Shown here in pieces: positions 1-12,729 of a DNA stretch of 42,048 bases. The stretch is from positions 5,940,439-5,982,486 of the forward strand of contig MU053561.1 of the NCBI GenBank assembly GCA_013239625.1. Reading direction: 5' to 3'. Under the pieces are notes generated by a model. The model was not told the DNA's origin. It saw nothing but the letters and a program-made list of their open reading frames with translations, and ran no database searches. The position numbers were made by a program, and so were the translations under genes. How positions within the stretch are numbered: the first letter of the stretch is position 1; each line of letters begins with the position of its first letter. The stretch is from Lama guanicoe. Its lineage: Eukaryota.

Positions 1-39
1 ATAGAAAACCCTCGAAGATAAAGGGTGCTTGGCATTTTC

Positions 40-330
40 CACGAGAGGACAGTTCAGTCTGACCAGTGCACAGAGTGGTGGGTGGGGGTAGTGAGTAAGA
101 AATGAAAGAGAGGAGAGCAGGAGCATGGAGATCTCATGGGGCTTTACATGTCATTTTTAAAATAATTTGAATTTTATCCTGTGGGCAATGGGGATGCATG
201 GTAGAGTTCAAGCAGGGAGAACGCTCACCATTTTGGTCTCAGTAATATCACTTTAATGTGGTTTGTGCAGTCGGTTGGAAGTGAGAAGGATTTCAAATAC
301 AATACTGCAGTGCTGGACTGGAAATATGGT
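40..330. mobile_element. Old L2-like LINE fragment
   Basis: Motifs such as 'tttgaattttatcctgtgggcaatgggga...ttcaagcaggga' resemble L2 internal sequence; boundaries approximate. Confidence 0.4.
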
Positions 331-1222
331 TGCTGGGAGGAAGACAAGGGAAAAGGTAGAGCCGGTTCAAGGGAGTCTAGGAGGAGGCAGAGTGAACAGA
401 GAGGAGTAGGAGCAGGGAGGAACCTGGGGTGGCTGCCAGGTTTCAAAGCAGGCACACCCGGAAAGGTGGGGCCCCATCAGCTCCTAGCACTTGGCCCTGG
501 GTGGTGCCCACCCACAGGCTCCCCACCTCGAATTCTGGACTGAATTCACATGAAGTTCCTTCCCTCCCATCAACCTTATGGCCTGCACACAATTCAGTTC
601 CAGCAATATTTATTGATATTTATTTATTCATTATTATTAAGCTACTATGTGCCAGGAACCAGGGAGGCTTCCCTCTGCCTCACCTAAGGGAGTTTCAACT
701 GGATGCCTGAGAGGTTCTGGAGCAGGGAGGGATATGCAGGGAGAAGGGAAAGGCTGTGCACACATAGCCCGAGTTTAGGCCTCTCTCTTCCCCCAGCACT
801 GGAGTAGCTTGACCCCTGATCTCTCATCCCCATGACAGAAAAGGTACAAGGGACATCAGCACAGCCTCAGTCAGAGCCCCTGGGCCCCCGCTTCTATTGG
901 GGCAGACAATAGAGACAGGCAGCCACCCCTGGCCTCCTTCTGTGTGCCTTCTGCTGTGAGATCCCAGATGCAATGAGAGGCTCACCTGGGCCTTGCTGCC
1001 TGCCATCCCATGGACTCAGCCCTTACAATCAAGGAAGTTTTCCAGAGGCTCTCCTCAACTGAGACATTAACCCTGTTACTGTCTGGGTAACACAATAACT
1101 TCTTACCGATTCACTATCACAGGGCAGAAGCTCAGGCCAATTATAGGACTGCTTTTGTCACAGCCCGCAAGAGAGGCCTGGAGCCATCCCACATGGGTCT
1201 AGGAATTGGAGAATAATGATAG

Positions 1223-2445
1223 CGTTACTGAACCAAATTTGGGTCTTGTCGACTGAAATAAATGCAGTCTAAAAGTTGAGAATTATGTTTTATTTGCTGG
1301 ACGATTCTGAGGACTCGAGCCTCTCAGATCACTCTGAGGGACTGCTCGGAAGAGGTAGGGGAGGAGCTAGGATATATAGGAGTTTTACAATAAAGACCAA
1401 GCAGTTGGAACATTAAAAGGTTACTTGTTAAGTAAAGAAAACCACACAACTCAAGTTAAAGAATTTAGTGCTTTTCTGTGTATGGGAGGGAGCAAACATT
1501 TGGGCTCAATGAATTCGTTCCTCTGACAAGCACCTAGCCATCTAGGGCCAGTATCCTGGCCTTTGTTATTCTGAGTGCCCTCAGAGTGCACCATTGTGAA
1601 TGGCTGCAGAGGCTGGGCTGCAGGCTTGTCTTCACTGGGGGGTGGCGGGCAGCCGCTGATGACTTGATGGCTTCAGCATTCTTTGCTTATTGTTATGGCT
1701 TGCAGTATTTTTCGTTGTCTGCTCACCCAACACTCAGCAAAGCCAAATTACTGACAGTGGGTTGTGGTAAAGGAAAGCACAGCGCTTACTGCAGCTGTGA
1801 CCCAGCGAGGACAGGCGGCTCATGCTCAAAGGACCCTCACTGCCAGGTGGCTTTCAGGGAAGGGTCTTTAAAGGTAACATCTGAGATGAGGGTTGCGGGG
1901 TGCATGACCTTCCCGTTTGGTTGGCAGTGAGGTAACAGGGTGATATGTCAGGAATCTTAATCACAACCTTCTGGTTCTAACCGGTCTGGGATCCAGCAGT
2001 TGCAGTTGTGCCTGACATCCACCTGGGTGTGAGTCTTAGTTCTCGTAGGACAACTCAAAGATACATGTCAGATTGTTATGTATTTCCCTAGGACTTTTTA
2101 TAGCGTTTCATAGTTTTTATAGCTTAACTATTGTTTCTTGCCTGTTTTTCCTTTGTTTCTGCATTCCCTTACTTCCCTAACTAGTAACTGCTTGAATCTG
2201 TTCTTTGGAACTCAAACCTAGGAGACTAAAGCCTTGAAGGCAGGGGCGAGGCAGGGGACACAGAAAGGCTTTTTGTACCTGGGAGGTCCCTGCAGGGTCC
2301 TGCTAAGTTTCAATTCCCCCTTTTCTTTGATACTCCTCAGTCCTGAGGTGAACAGGTACAAGACAAGAAAGGGAATAAAGTTTTAGATAGAGAGTTTAAT
2401 CATAAACTTGGCAGAGGAACTCAGTTTTAGGGGGAGTCAGTTTCA
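1223..2445 (-). mobile_element. ERV1-type LTR element (outer), interrupted by a nested LTR
   Basis: Ends cgttactg...gtttca, flanked by 4-bp TSD ATAG (1219-1222 and 2446-2449); a polypurine tract reads on the - strand at 2313-2328. Confidence 0.7.
1247..1716 (-). mobile_element. Solo LTR nested in the outer LTR
   Basis: Starts tgtcgactgaaa; flanked by 4-bp direct repeat GTCT (1243-1246 and 1717-1720); 'ttttattt' near the left end is a - strand AATAAA. Confidence 0.65.
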
Positions 2446-2449
2446 ATAG

Positions 2450-2640
2450 TAACAGCATTTACTATTGATTGAGCATTCTACGTTCCCAATTTCTAAATCT
2501 TCATAATTCTGCAAGGTAATTATTATTCTCATTTTGCAAATGATGAAACTGAGGTTCACTTAGGTTAAGCAATGTATACATTTAAATGGATGCTAGGTGG
2601 CTGAGCTGGAATTGTAACCAACTGATACTAAATGTCTTCC
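2450..2640. mobile_element. MIR SINE
   Basis: MIR core 'tattattctcattttgcaaatgatgaaactgaggttc...gctgggaatt'-like sequence. Confidence 0.7.
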
Positions 2641-3218
2641 TCTTAATGACTTCACCGTCATTAAGCCTTGCGCCCTGGCCTCCTGCTCCCAGATAGGTCC
2701 CCCTAGCCCCTAGAGTGGTCCCATCCCAGAAGGATGCTGTCCTCTCACACTTTTCTCAGGGCTGTTTGGCTGGGCCTAGGAACTGAAGCCCCTGGGAAAG
2801 AGGGGGTGTAAAGGCCACTGACGGAGAAGTCAGGACAAGGACAGAGAGATCAGCCGGAGCCTCAGGGTTTGTTCTCGTTTGCTCTCCCCACAGGGCACCT
2901 CCTGGGCTCTGCAACATCCTGCTCTCGTCCACAGGATGCCTGGGACTTGCTATTCCTCCTCCTCATCTGACTCTGAGGAGCCGCAGGACTTACCTTTCCC
3001 CCTTGTCTGGGACAGGGTCCAGGGCCTCAGCCTACTGGCCTGAGGCTCTCCCCCTCCCCCCACCCCCTGGGTTTAATTTCCACCAAGCCTAATGCTCTCA
3101 AATCCTGGGCTGAGACGCCAGACCAGGGTACTGCCTGCAGAGCTCATTCATGTGCAGAAGCCGGCCTGTAACTAGTGGGAGGGGAAGGAGCCTCTAGGTC
3201 CCCGGTAGCTGTCCCCCC

Positions 3219-3757
3219 TGTAGGGGAGGAAAAATAACTTTCCTTGTACCCTTCTGAGTTCTTGGCTGAGACCCCTGTAGCAAAAGACAGATTAACAAGA
3301 GACAAACAGAAGCTTATTCGTATATACTTGTCTACAAGTGAGATACCCAGGGAAAATGAGTTAACTCTCCCAGGTGGCCTAACCCAACAGTTTAAATACC
3401 ATCTTTGGCCAAGACAGAGGAAAGAAAGGTGAGGGTGGGGGAGGAAGCCATTTCTGGGAGGTTACTGCGAAAAGCAGGGTAAACAAGGGTAAGGTTTGTT
3501 ATGCAGATTTAAGTTACTGCTTCTCCACTGAGTTTTAAGATCTCTGTCATTTACTCCCTCAGTGGGAGATTACCCACTGAGGGAGACATGCTTGCAAATG
3601 GAGATTCCTTTATAAATGTAAATTTCTCTTTCAAAAAAGTAATTTCCACTGTTTTTCAGAGTTCCTCCTTTTGCTGCAGTTTCTCAAAATAATCAGCTCA
3701 ACATAATCCTTCTGTCTAAGAGGTGTATTTTGAGGTGGCAAATTCTCCCGCCCTTCA
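3219..3757. mobile_element. Solo ERV1-type LTR
   Basis: TG...CA termini (tgtaggggaggaaaa...cccttca) and content typical of eutherian ERV1 LTRs ('aaaagacagattaacaagag', 'tttgttatgcagattt'); TSD imperfect (cccc/tccc). Confidence 0.6.
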
Positions 3758-5039
3758 TCCCTCCTCAAACCTGGGCTCTCTGCCACCACTTCTAGGAGAA
3801 AAAAAAATGTTCTGGTCTAAAGTGAGATCAGTGGCTTCTCAGGTCACAGACCTCTGCTGGGCTATGCCCCAGGCACAAGCTGGTAACACCAGGTCCCCGA
3901 GCAGGACGGGGCGGGCTCCAGGGCCCGGCAGCCGCGTGGCATCCGCGCCTTTGCCTGGGTGCTGAACCACCACTAGGAGGTTTGCAGGGGGGGCCGTCCT
4001 CAGGCCCATGGGGAAGTCCCCAGTATACAGTCCTGCTGGGTCTGGCTGAGGGAGGTGCCCTCCATGGCCAGCAGCCAGGATCAATCCCTCCTCTTTCAGA
4101 CCTAGAACTCCTTTGGGGGGGGGGGAGTTCAGAGTCCTCATGGTGCGTGGGCTCCCCTCCTTGTTAGTACTAGCCCCAGCCCAGGGGAAGCAGGAACTGC
4201 CCCTCTCCACGGCCCCCTCCACCCTCCACTATATTCCTGGAGAAACACACAGCCACACCCGATAACTTACATACAGTCACTCCCAACACCGCACAAGCCA
4301 ACTGCACACACCTCAGTAAACAACAAACACCCCCACCCGCACGCCCAGGCAGCCCTGACACACAAGCAGGAATTCCTCGGGCCTGAAAGCCGGCTGTGTT
4401 TCCAGTTGCCAGAGGAAACTCACACTGACCTTCTTCAAGGCTGACCACACAAGAAACCTGGACGGGGGGCCAGTCCGTGGGCGGACAGGATGCTATCCCC
4501 GCCCTCCCCTCCCCTTCCTCCCTAAGAAGGCCTCCTCCCGGCTTCCCTCCTTTCTAGCCACTCGCAGGCTGGATGTGGTGAATATGGCAGTGTGGGGCGC
4601 CCTCATGTGGGCGAGAGCGGCCCTGCAGCCCCGCCGCGAGGCTCCGAGGCTGCCCTCCTCCTCCTGCACCGGGGTCACCCTCCTCCCAGAGCCATGGGCC
4701 CCGGGGTCCCAGGATGTCATGGTTGTGCCACCGCCCACGCCCACTACTCCAAATGGCCTGCCTCCTAGCTACCTTCCCTCCTTCTTTCACCTCTGAATAT
4801 TTTCTCACTGATACTTTAAAATGTAATATTTCATGCATTTAAAAGACATTTATCAAAATATTAGTTTTAAAACATCATATGGTTAACACCCATGAGCCCA
4901 CCACCTGACAAGAAAGCTGAAGCAGCAGTAATAACTCGCATCTTCCTTTGTGTTCCTCTTCACCCCACTCCCTACTATATCCCTCAACAAGAGGTAACCA
5001 CTGTTCCCAATTTCATGTTTTCTCTTGCCTTTTCTCCCC

Positions 5040-8000
5040 CAATTTTTCTCAATGTGGTAAAATGAACATAAATTTTACCATGTTAATCATTTTAAAGTGT
5101 ACAGTTCAGTGGTATTAAATACTTTCATAATGTTGTAGAACCATTGCCACCATCCATCTCCACAACTATTTTCATCTTTTAAAACTAAAACTCCACCCAT
5201 TAACAGTAACTCTCCTTTCCCCACTTCCCCCAGACCCAGGCAATCCCAGTTCTACACTCTGTCTCCACGAATCTGACTACTCTAAGTATCTTATACAAGT
5301 GGAATCATGCAATTTTTATCCTTTTCTGACTGGCTTATTTCACTTAGTATAATGCCCTCAAGTTTTATCCATGTTGTAGCATGTGTCAGGATTCCCTTCC
5401 TTTTTAAGGCTGAGTAATATTCCATTGTGTACAGAGTACATTTGCTTATCCATTCATCCATCAGTGGACACGGGCTGCTCCAGTATTTTAGCTACTGTGA
5501 ATAATGCTGTTATCAACATGGGTATACAAATATCTCTTTGAGACCCTGTTATCAATTCTTTAGGGTGTATATCCAGAAGTGGGATTGTTGGATCATGTGG
5601 GAATTCTATTTTTAGTTTTTTGAGGGACCACCATATTGTTTTCCATAGTGGCTTTACCATTTAAAAATACTACCAATTGTGCACAAGGGTTCCAATTTTT
5701 CCACATCCTCACCAACACTTGTTGTTTTCTGGGTTTTTTTTTGATAATAGCCATTCTAATTGATGTGAAGTAGTATTTCATTGTAGTTTTGACTTACACT
5801 TCCCAAGTGATTAGTGATGTTGAGCATCTTTTGATGTGCTTACTGAATATTTGTATATCTTTAGAAAAGTGTCTATTCAAGTTCTTTGTCCATTTTTGAT
5901 TCAGGTGGTTTGTTTTTTGGTTGTTGAATTTTAGTTTTCTATATATTCTGGATAGTAATCCCTTTGCAAATATGATTTGCAAATTTTTTTTTTTCATTCT
6001 GTGGGTTGTTTTTTTGCTTCATTGAGTGTCTTTTGGTGCACAAAATTTTAAAATTCTTTTGAAGTCCAATTTGCCTATTTTTTTCTTTTGTTACCCGCCT
6101 TTGGTGTCATATCCAAGAAATCACTGCTAAATCCAACACTGTGAAGCTTTTCTCCTGTTTTCTTTTAAGAGTTTTATTGTTTAATTCTTGCATTTAGGCC
6201 CCTGATACATTTTGAGGTAGTTTTTGTATATGGTGTTGAGTCCAACTTCATCCTTTTGTATGTGGCTCTCCAGTTTCCCAGCATCATTCACTGAAAAGAT
6301 TGCCCTTTCCCTCATTAGATGATCTTGGCACTCCTGTTAAAAATTGTTGGACCATATATGTGAATTCTGGGCTCTCTATTCCATCGATCTGTATGTATGC
6401 CTTCATGTCAATACCATAGGTTTTTTTTTTAAGGGAGGAATTTTTGGGGGGAGGTTTTTTTTTTTTCAATGGAGGTACTGGGGACTGAACCCAGGACCTC
6501 GTGCATGCTAAGCATGTGTTCTTCCACTGTTATAATGCCCACCCCTCCCCACACACCACAGTTTTGATTGTTGTAGCTTTGTAGTAAGTTTCAAAATCAG
6601 GAAGTATGAATCCTCCAGTTTTGTTCTTTTTCAAGATTGTTTTGGCTATTCAAGATCCCTTGAGATTCCCCTATGTGAATTTTGGGATGGATCATTCTAT
6701 TTCTGCAAAAACCATTATTGGGATTTTGATAGTGATTACACTAAATCTATACATTGCCTTGATTAGTATTGACATTTTAACAGTATTAGGTTTTCTAATC
6801 CATCAACATGGGATGTTTCCATTTATTTATGTCTTCTTTAATGTCTTTGAGCAATGTGTTGTAGTTCTCATTGTATAAATCTCTTACTTCCTTCGTTAAT
6901 TCTTATTTTATTCTTTTTGGTGTTATTGTAAATCAAATTGTTTTTGTAATTTCCTTTCTAGACTGTTAAGTGTTAGTGCACAGAAATACAACTGATTTTT
7001 GTGTTGACTTTGTACCCTGCTAATCTGCTGGATTCATTTATTAGTTCCAATAGGATTTTTTTGGGTGTGGAATCTTTAGAGTTTTCTACATAGAAGATCA
7101 TATCATCTGCAAACAGAGATAATTTTACTTCCTCCTTTCCACTTTGGATGCCTTTTATTTATTTTTCTTGCTTTATTGTTCTGGCTATAACCTCCAGTAC
7201 TATGTTGAATAAAAGTGGTGAAAGCAGTCATCATTCCCTTGTTCCTGATCTTAGAGGAAAAGCAGTGTCTTTCACCATTGAGTATGGTGTTCACTGTGGA
7301 TTTTTTATGTATACATTTTTTATGTTTGGGTAGTTTCCTTCTATTTCAGCTTCTTTTTTTTTTTTTAAACGTGAAAGGGTATTAAATTTTGTCAAGTGCT
7401 TTTTCTTGCATAAATTGAGATAATCATGTGTTTTTCTTCTTACATTCTGTTAATGTGATATATTACACTGAATGATTTTTTTTTCCTATGTTGAACCAAG
7501 CTTGCATTCCAGGAGTAAATCTCACTTGGTCATATGGTATAATCACTTTAATATACAGCCAAATTTGGTTTGCTAGCATTTTGTTGAGGATTTTTGCACC
7601 AATGTACATAAGTGATATTAATCTGTAGTTTTCTTGCAGTGTTTTTGTCTGGCTTTAGTATCAGGGTAATGCTGGCCTCATAGAATAAATTAGAAAGTGT
7701 TCCCTACTCTTTAATCTTTTGGAAAAGTTTGAAAAGGACTGGTCTTAGTTCTTTTTTAAATGTTGGTAGAATTCACCACTGAAGCCATCACATCCAGGGC
7801 TTTTTCTTGTCAGATTTTTGAGCACTGATTCCATTACACAGTGATTCTATTATACAGCTAGCTATAGGTCTACTCGGATTGTCTATTTCTTCATGACTTA
7901 GTCTTGGTCAATTTTGTGTTTCTAGGAATTTTGTGTTTCTAGGAATTCCATTTCATCTAGATTATTCAATTTGTTCATATACAATTATTCTTAATACTAT

Positions 8001-9790
8001 TTTACAATCAGTTTGAGTCTTCTTTTTCTCAGTCAATCTAGCTAAAAATTTGTCAATTTTGTTGATCTTTTCAAAGAACCAGCTTTCGGTTTCATTGATT
8101 TTTTTCCCTACAGTTTTTCTATTCTGTATTTCACTGATCTCTGCTCTAATCTTTGTTATTTCCTTCCTTCTCCTAGCTTTGGCTTTAGTTTATTCTCCTT
8201 TTTGTAGTTCTTTAAGGTGTAAAGTTAGGCTGTTGATTTCAGATTGTTCTTTTTTTTTTTAATGTAGGCATTTATAGCTGTAAATTCCCTTTAGTACCAC
8301 TTTTGCTCATCTCATTGTTTTTTAATGTTGTATTTTCATTTTTATTCATCTCTAAGTATTTTCTAATTTCCCTTGTGATTTCTTCTTTGATTCACTGGTG
8401 TTTTAAATTGTGTTGGTTAATTTCTACCATTTGGTAAATTTTCCAATTTTCCTTATGTTATTGATTTCTAAGTTTATCACACTATGACTGGAAAAGATAG
8501 TTTGCATAACATCTATCCTTTAAAATCTACTAAAACTTAATTTGTGGCCTAGCAAATGGTCTCTCCTGGAAAATGTTCATGTGTATGTGAGAAGAAGATG
8601 TATGCTGTTGTTGTTTGGTAGTGTTCTGCATGTCTGTTAGATCTAGTTATATTATTGTGATGCCCAAGTCCTCTTCTCCTAATTATCTTCTGTCCAGTTG
8701 TTTTATCCATTGTTGAGAGTGGGATACTGACGTGTCCAACTATAATGGTCCAACTTTCTATTTCTCCCTTAAATTCTGTTAGTTTTGGCTTTATAAAATT
8801 TTGCTGGTCTATTATTAGGTATGTGAAAGTTTGTAATTATATATTCTTGCTGTATTGAAACTTTTATTAATATATAATGCATTTCTTTGTATCTTATAAC
8901 CTTTCTCGATTTAAAGTCTATTTTGTCTGCTAATTGTATAGCCACTCCTGCTGTCTTTTGGTTACTATTTGCATGGAATATCTTTTTCCATCCTTTCACT
9001 TTTAATATATGTGTGTCTTTGGCTCTAGAATGAGTCTCTTAAAGATAGCATATAGTTGGACTATGTGTTTTATCCATTCTGCCAATCTGTGTCTTTGACT
9101 GGAGAGTTTAATCCATTTACATTTAAAGTAATTACTGATAAGGAGGGTCTTACTTCTGTCATTTTGCTATTGGTTTTCCATATCCCTTATGACTTTCCCC
9201 CCTTCATTTCCTGCATTACTCTTTTCTCTTGTGTTTAGTTGATTTTTTTTGTAGGGAAATATTTAAAGTCTCTTCTCATTTCCTTTTGTGTATATTCCAT
9301 AGCTATTTTCTTTGTCGTTACTATGGGGGTTACATTTAACATCATAAAGTTATAGTACTCTGATTTGAATTATTACCAGCTTTTAACTTCAAAAATATAC
9401 AAAAACTCTGCTCCTTTATGGCAGCATCATACCCCTTTTGGTTGTTGATGTCACAAATTACATCCTTATGCACTGTATGCTGCAAAACATAAATTAACAA
9501 TACATTTAAATGCATTAGTCTGTTCAATTATGTAGGAAACAAGATTTGGAGTTACAACCAAAATAAAAATAATACTAATATAACAGCTTTTTTTTTTCTT
9601 TAAATGTATAAGTCTCTTAAATCATGTGGGAAACAAAAAGTATAGTTGCAAACCATTGTTACAATATACTACCCTTTATAATTGCCCGTATACTTTTCCT
9701 TTACTGCAATCATTATTTCTCCATATGGCTTCAAGTTACTGTGTAGCATCCTTTCATTTCACTTTGTAGTTAATTTCCTTAATCAATGTT
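5040..9790 (-). mobile_element. Decayed L1 (L1M-type): 3' UTR, most of ORF2 and inter-ORF region
   Basis: Minus-strand peptide fragments match L1 ORF2: endonuclease 'MKGWKKIFHANSNQKTAGVAI...DKIDFK' (8769-8999) and C-terminal 'PLWKTIW..LKKLKIEFPHDPTIPLLDIHPKE' (5454-5660); many stops and frameshifts. Confidence 0.93.
6421..6550 (-). mobile_element. tRNA-derived SINE, camelid Vic-1-like, inserted in the L1
   Basis: Minus strand reads GGGGAGGGG...CAGTGGAAGAACACATGCTTAGCATGCACGAGGTCCTGGGTTCAGTCCCCAGTACCTCC plus an A-rich tail; approximate TSD accatag/accacag. Confidence 0.8.
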
Positions 9791-9974
9791 TTATAGTTCT
9801 CCATGGGCCCTATTCTTGATTTAAACTTTAGACACTGAGGCTCAGAGCAATCCACACAATAAATGACAAATTGGGCAGTCCCAGTAACTACTTTCTTTAT
9901 CTTTCCCTTCATGTATTGTAAGCATCTGCACTTAATGAGAAATAAAGGTAAAAATGATGTAGCCGCTCCCTTAC

Positions 9975-10087
9975 CTCTCTGGATGGGCATGGAACTTCAC
10001 CAGGCTGCTACAGAGCTGTGTCTCTGCTTGTAAGGCCTCATTGAGCTGACTCCATTCATCTACCAGACCTTCCAGCATCAGCAGCAA
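9975..10087 (-). pseudogene. PDE4DIP: PDE4DIP pseudogene fragment, exon c: LLLMLEGLVDEWSQLNEALQAETQLCSSLVKFHAHPE
   Basis: Near-identical to myomegalin LLLMLEGLVDERSRLNEALQAERQLYSSLVKFHAHPE as recalled; canonical cag acceptor and gtaag donor; 113 nt. Confidence 0.9.
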
Positions 10088-10427
10088 CTGAGGGGAAAAA
10101 AACAAAAGCAATGCACAAATGGAGACTTGAGATGTGAAGTCACAGATAATCCTGAGAAAGAGACCCAGACAATGTATTCGCATGTACTATGACTCAAAAA
10201 GCTCATGATCTTATCACTGACTTAACTTTTCTATAGTGTGTTACAGTTTTCAAATCAGTGTCATGTTATCTTTTTTTTTTTTATCCTTAAAGCTCTATAA
10301 GGGAGAATTCAAAATGGGAGCAAGAAGAAAGAGGAGAGAAAAGCCAGAAGCACAGGAAAGAGAGAGGAGTAGAAGAGAAAGCAAGGGAGGGCACGAGGGA
10401 AACATACACTAGGACTTATGAGTACTC

Positions 10428-10500
10428 TTCATTCATTCAAAAAATAGTTATTGAGCACCTTCTATGTGCTAGACTCTGTTCTAGGGATAAGCTGACTATC
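10428..10500. mobile_element. L2 3'-end fragment
   Basis: 'ttcattcattcaa...ttattgagcaccttctatgtgctag' is the typical L2 terminus. Confidence 0.55.
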
Positions 10501-10976
10501 TTATATTAAGCTTACTATCTATATTATATAGATAAGCGGAAACAAAAGACATTCATCAGTCACAGACACGTGTCACTGTGAGCTATAACAGCGCTCTTAA
10601 GAAGATGAGCTATGATAGTGCACAACCAGCAGAGATGTGTTTAAGTGAACTAGCAGAGCAAAAAGCCAGACTGGAGTGAGGTGAGTAGTCAGTAAGAGAG
10701 ACGATACTGGAGACACGGTGGGGGTGGAATACAGGCTAACAGATATTTTTAGCAAGTTTGGCACTGAAGAAAGGTCAGATATGGGGCGGTAGCTATGAAG
10801 GAGCTACGCATGTTAGAAAGGAGCATGTGTGGCTGCTATGGACCAAGGCAGGGAACTTGAGGGCACAGATTGTCTGTGAAATTCCACCAACAGATACCTT
10901 CATAAGTAACTAGATTGACAGATTTTTCCATTGTTTATTTCACAGTAAAAATAAGGTTTGTGCTCCAATAACTTAC

Positions 10977-11114
10977 TTCTTGTCTTCGGTTTCTGGAAGC
11001 TTCCTGACCCTGTGATTCTACTGAAGCAACTTTTTCACGAAGAAGTAAGACTTCTTGGGTCAGGCGTTCCATAGCTGGTATGTGTTCAGGATCAACCAGC
11101 TGCATCTGCAGGTC
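10977..11114 (-). pseudogene. PDE4DIP: PDE4DIP pseudogene fragment, exon b: DLQMQLVDPEHIPAMERLTQEVLLLREKVASVESQGQEASRNRRQE
   Basis: 138 nt, phase 0-0, tag/gtaag splice sites; matches myomegalin DLQMQLVDPEDIPAMERLTQEVLLLREKVASVESQGQE. Confidence 0.92.
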
Positions 11115-11437
11115 CTAAAAGTCAAAAAACAAGTACAGTAAGAAAAATGCTATTCAGCAGAGGAACAAAGGAACAAATGCCCCTGAAACAGTCTGCTCTA
11201 CTTTTAAATGGGATATTAACAAGCCATATGAAGGTAATGATATCTTCTTTATGACATCTTAGCAAGTCTGATGTAAGTCAAAGAGAATATGGTAACATCA
11301 AGAGGCTCAGACTAACAGCGCATCAAGAAATAAGCATTGGCCATGGGACTCAGCGTATTCACACGTTGTCTGAAGATGCCCTACAGGTATTCTGAGCTGT
11401 AATCATGCCCAGTGGTCTTTAAAAAACTCTGAAAGAC

Positions 11438-11554
11438 CTTGATGAGGTCTTCTCTAATCTGCATGTTCCTGGTCAGGGACTCCATATCAGAGGCCTACAC
11501 CTGCATCTCTACTTCCTGCACAGCCATCTTGGACTGGAGGGCAGAAAGTTCCAA
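11438..11554 (-). pseudogene. PDE4DIP: PDE4DIP pseudogene fragment, exon a: LELSALQSKMAVQEVEMQV*ASDMESLTRNMQIREDLIK
   Basis: 117 nt, cag acceptor and gt donor; in-frame TAG at 11495-11497 where myomegalin has Q. Confidence 0.9.
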
Positions 11555-12269
11555 CTGTGGAGAAAAGAAATCCTGGAGTCAGGATTTCCTGGGTAGAGGA
11601 AACAGTATGTGCCACAGTTATGTTTTAACACTGAAGCAAATGTTTTTTCGTATCATGTCACTATCAGCCAGTAATGCAAATAAAAGCCAGAACATGAACA
11701 GTGTGCTACTGGGTCGGATCAATAAGCCACACTCTGTGGTACCCAAGGCTGCTTTACGGGAAGCTGTAACGTGGTTTTAATGATGCCCTCCATTTCTGTT
11801 AGCACTATAAAACATACCAAATTTGTTTAATTAATGAATGTGTTATACTTCCTAAAAAATGAGTTACCATGAGCAGATGCACGAATAGAAGCTTTTCTTT
11901 ATTTAAGTATTTTGGCTAATAGATGAAAAAATGATAGAACAGCTCCATTTTTGCAGCCTTAATGAATTAATGGCTACAGGCTTCAACCGTCAATAGTTAA
12001 CATCACAAGAGATCACCAAATACCACACCCCTCCTGGTGGAAGAACACACCACCACCAATGAAGAAGTCCTATCAAATTTAACACTGTAGGCCCTAAATT
12101 TTCTATGTTGTATCTTCCATCTCTCCTCAACAGAGAATGACAACCAAATGATTTTATTATGACAAATTTTACTAAACATCATGATAATTACCACAGTTGC
12201 CAGTATTTACTAGGGGCTTACTGTGTTCCAGGTCCTAATAAACACTCTGCATAGATTTAACCCTTTTAA

Positions 12270-12700
12270 CAAACCTAGTGACCTGCTCCTGCCTACCTCT
12301 CCAACTTCAATACCTATAGCATTTTCCACCTCATTCATGAATCTCTAGGCACGCCAGACTTTTCCCGTTAGGAATACCAGACTTTGTTTTGACTCAGAGC
12401 CTTTGCACCTACTATTCCCTCTGCCTGAAATATCTTCCCCAGCGTTGCCTCCTTTCCATCCCCCAGCCTCAGCTTACACGTCATCTGCTCAGAGAAGCCT
12501 TCTCTGGCCACTCTATCTCCCATAGGCCTCATCCAAGTTACTTTCTAATATTTCCCTCATATTGCTTATGCCAATCAGTAATTGTATTATGTATCTTCTG
12601 CTACCTCCCCACTAGAAATTAATTACATGGGGTCAAGGACTCTATTGATCTGGTTCCCTACTCATCCCCAACACTTGCCCTGTCTTAGAGAAGGTCCTCA
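12270..12700. mobile_element. L2-like fragment
   Basis: 'cctttgcacctactattccctctgcctgaaatatcttcccc...tcagagaagccttctctg...ctcccccactagaa' resembles the L2 3' region. Confidence 0.55.
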
Positions 12701-12729
12701 CAGGGACGGACGATCATACGGTTACAAGA

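Noticed and set aside
5454..9527. Short ORFs with L1 ORF2 similarity as an active element
   Set aside because: Many stops and frameshifts, no ORF1 or 5' UTR visible
9975..11554. Functional PDE4DIP gene
   Set aside because: In-frame stop and no flanking exons found in the window
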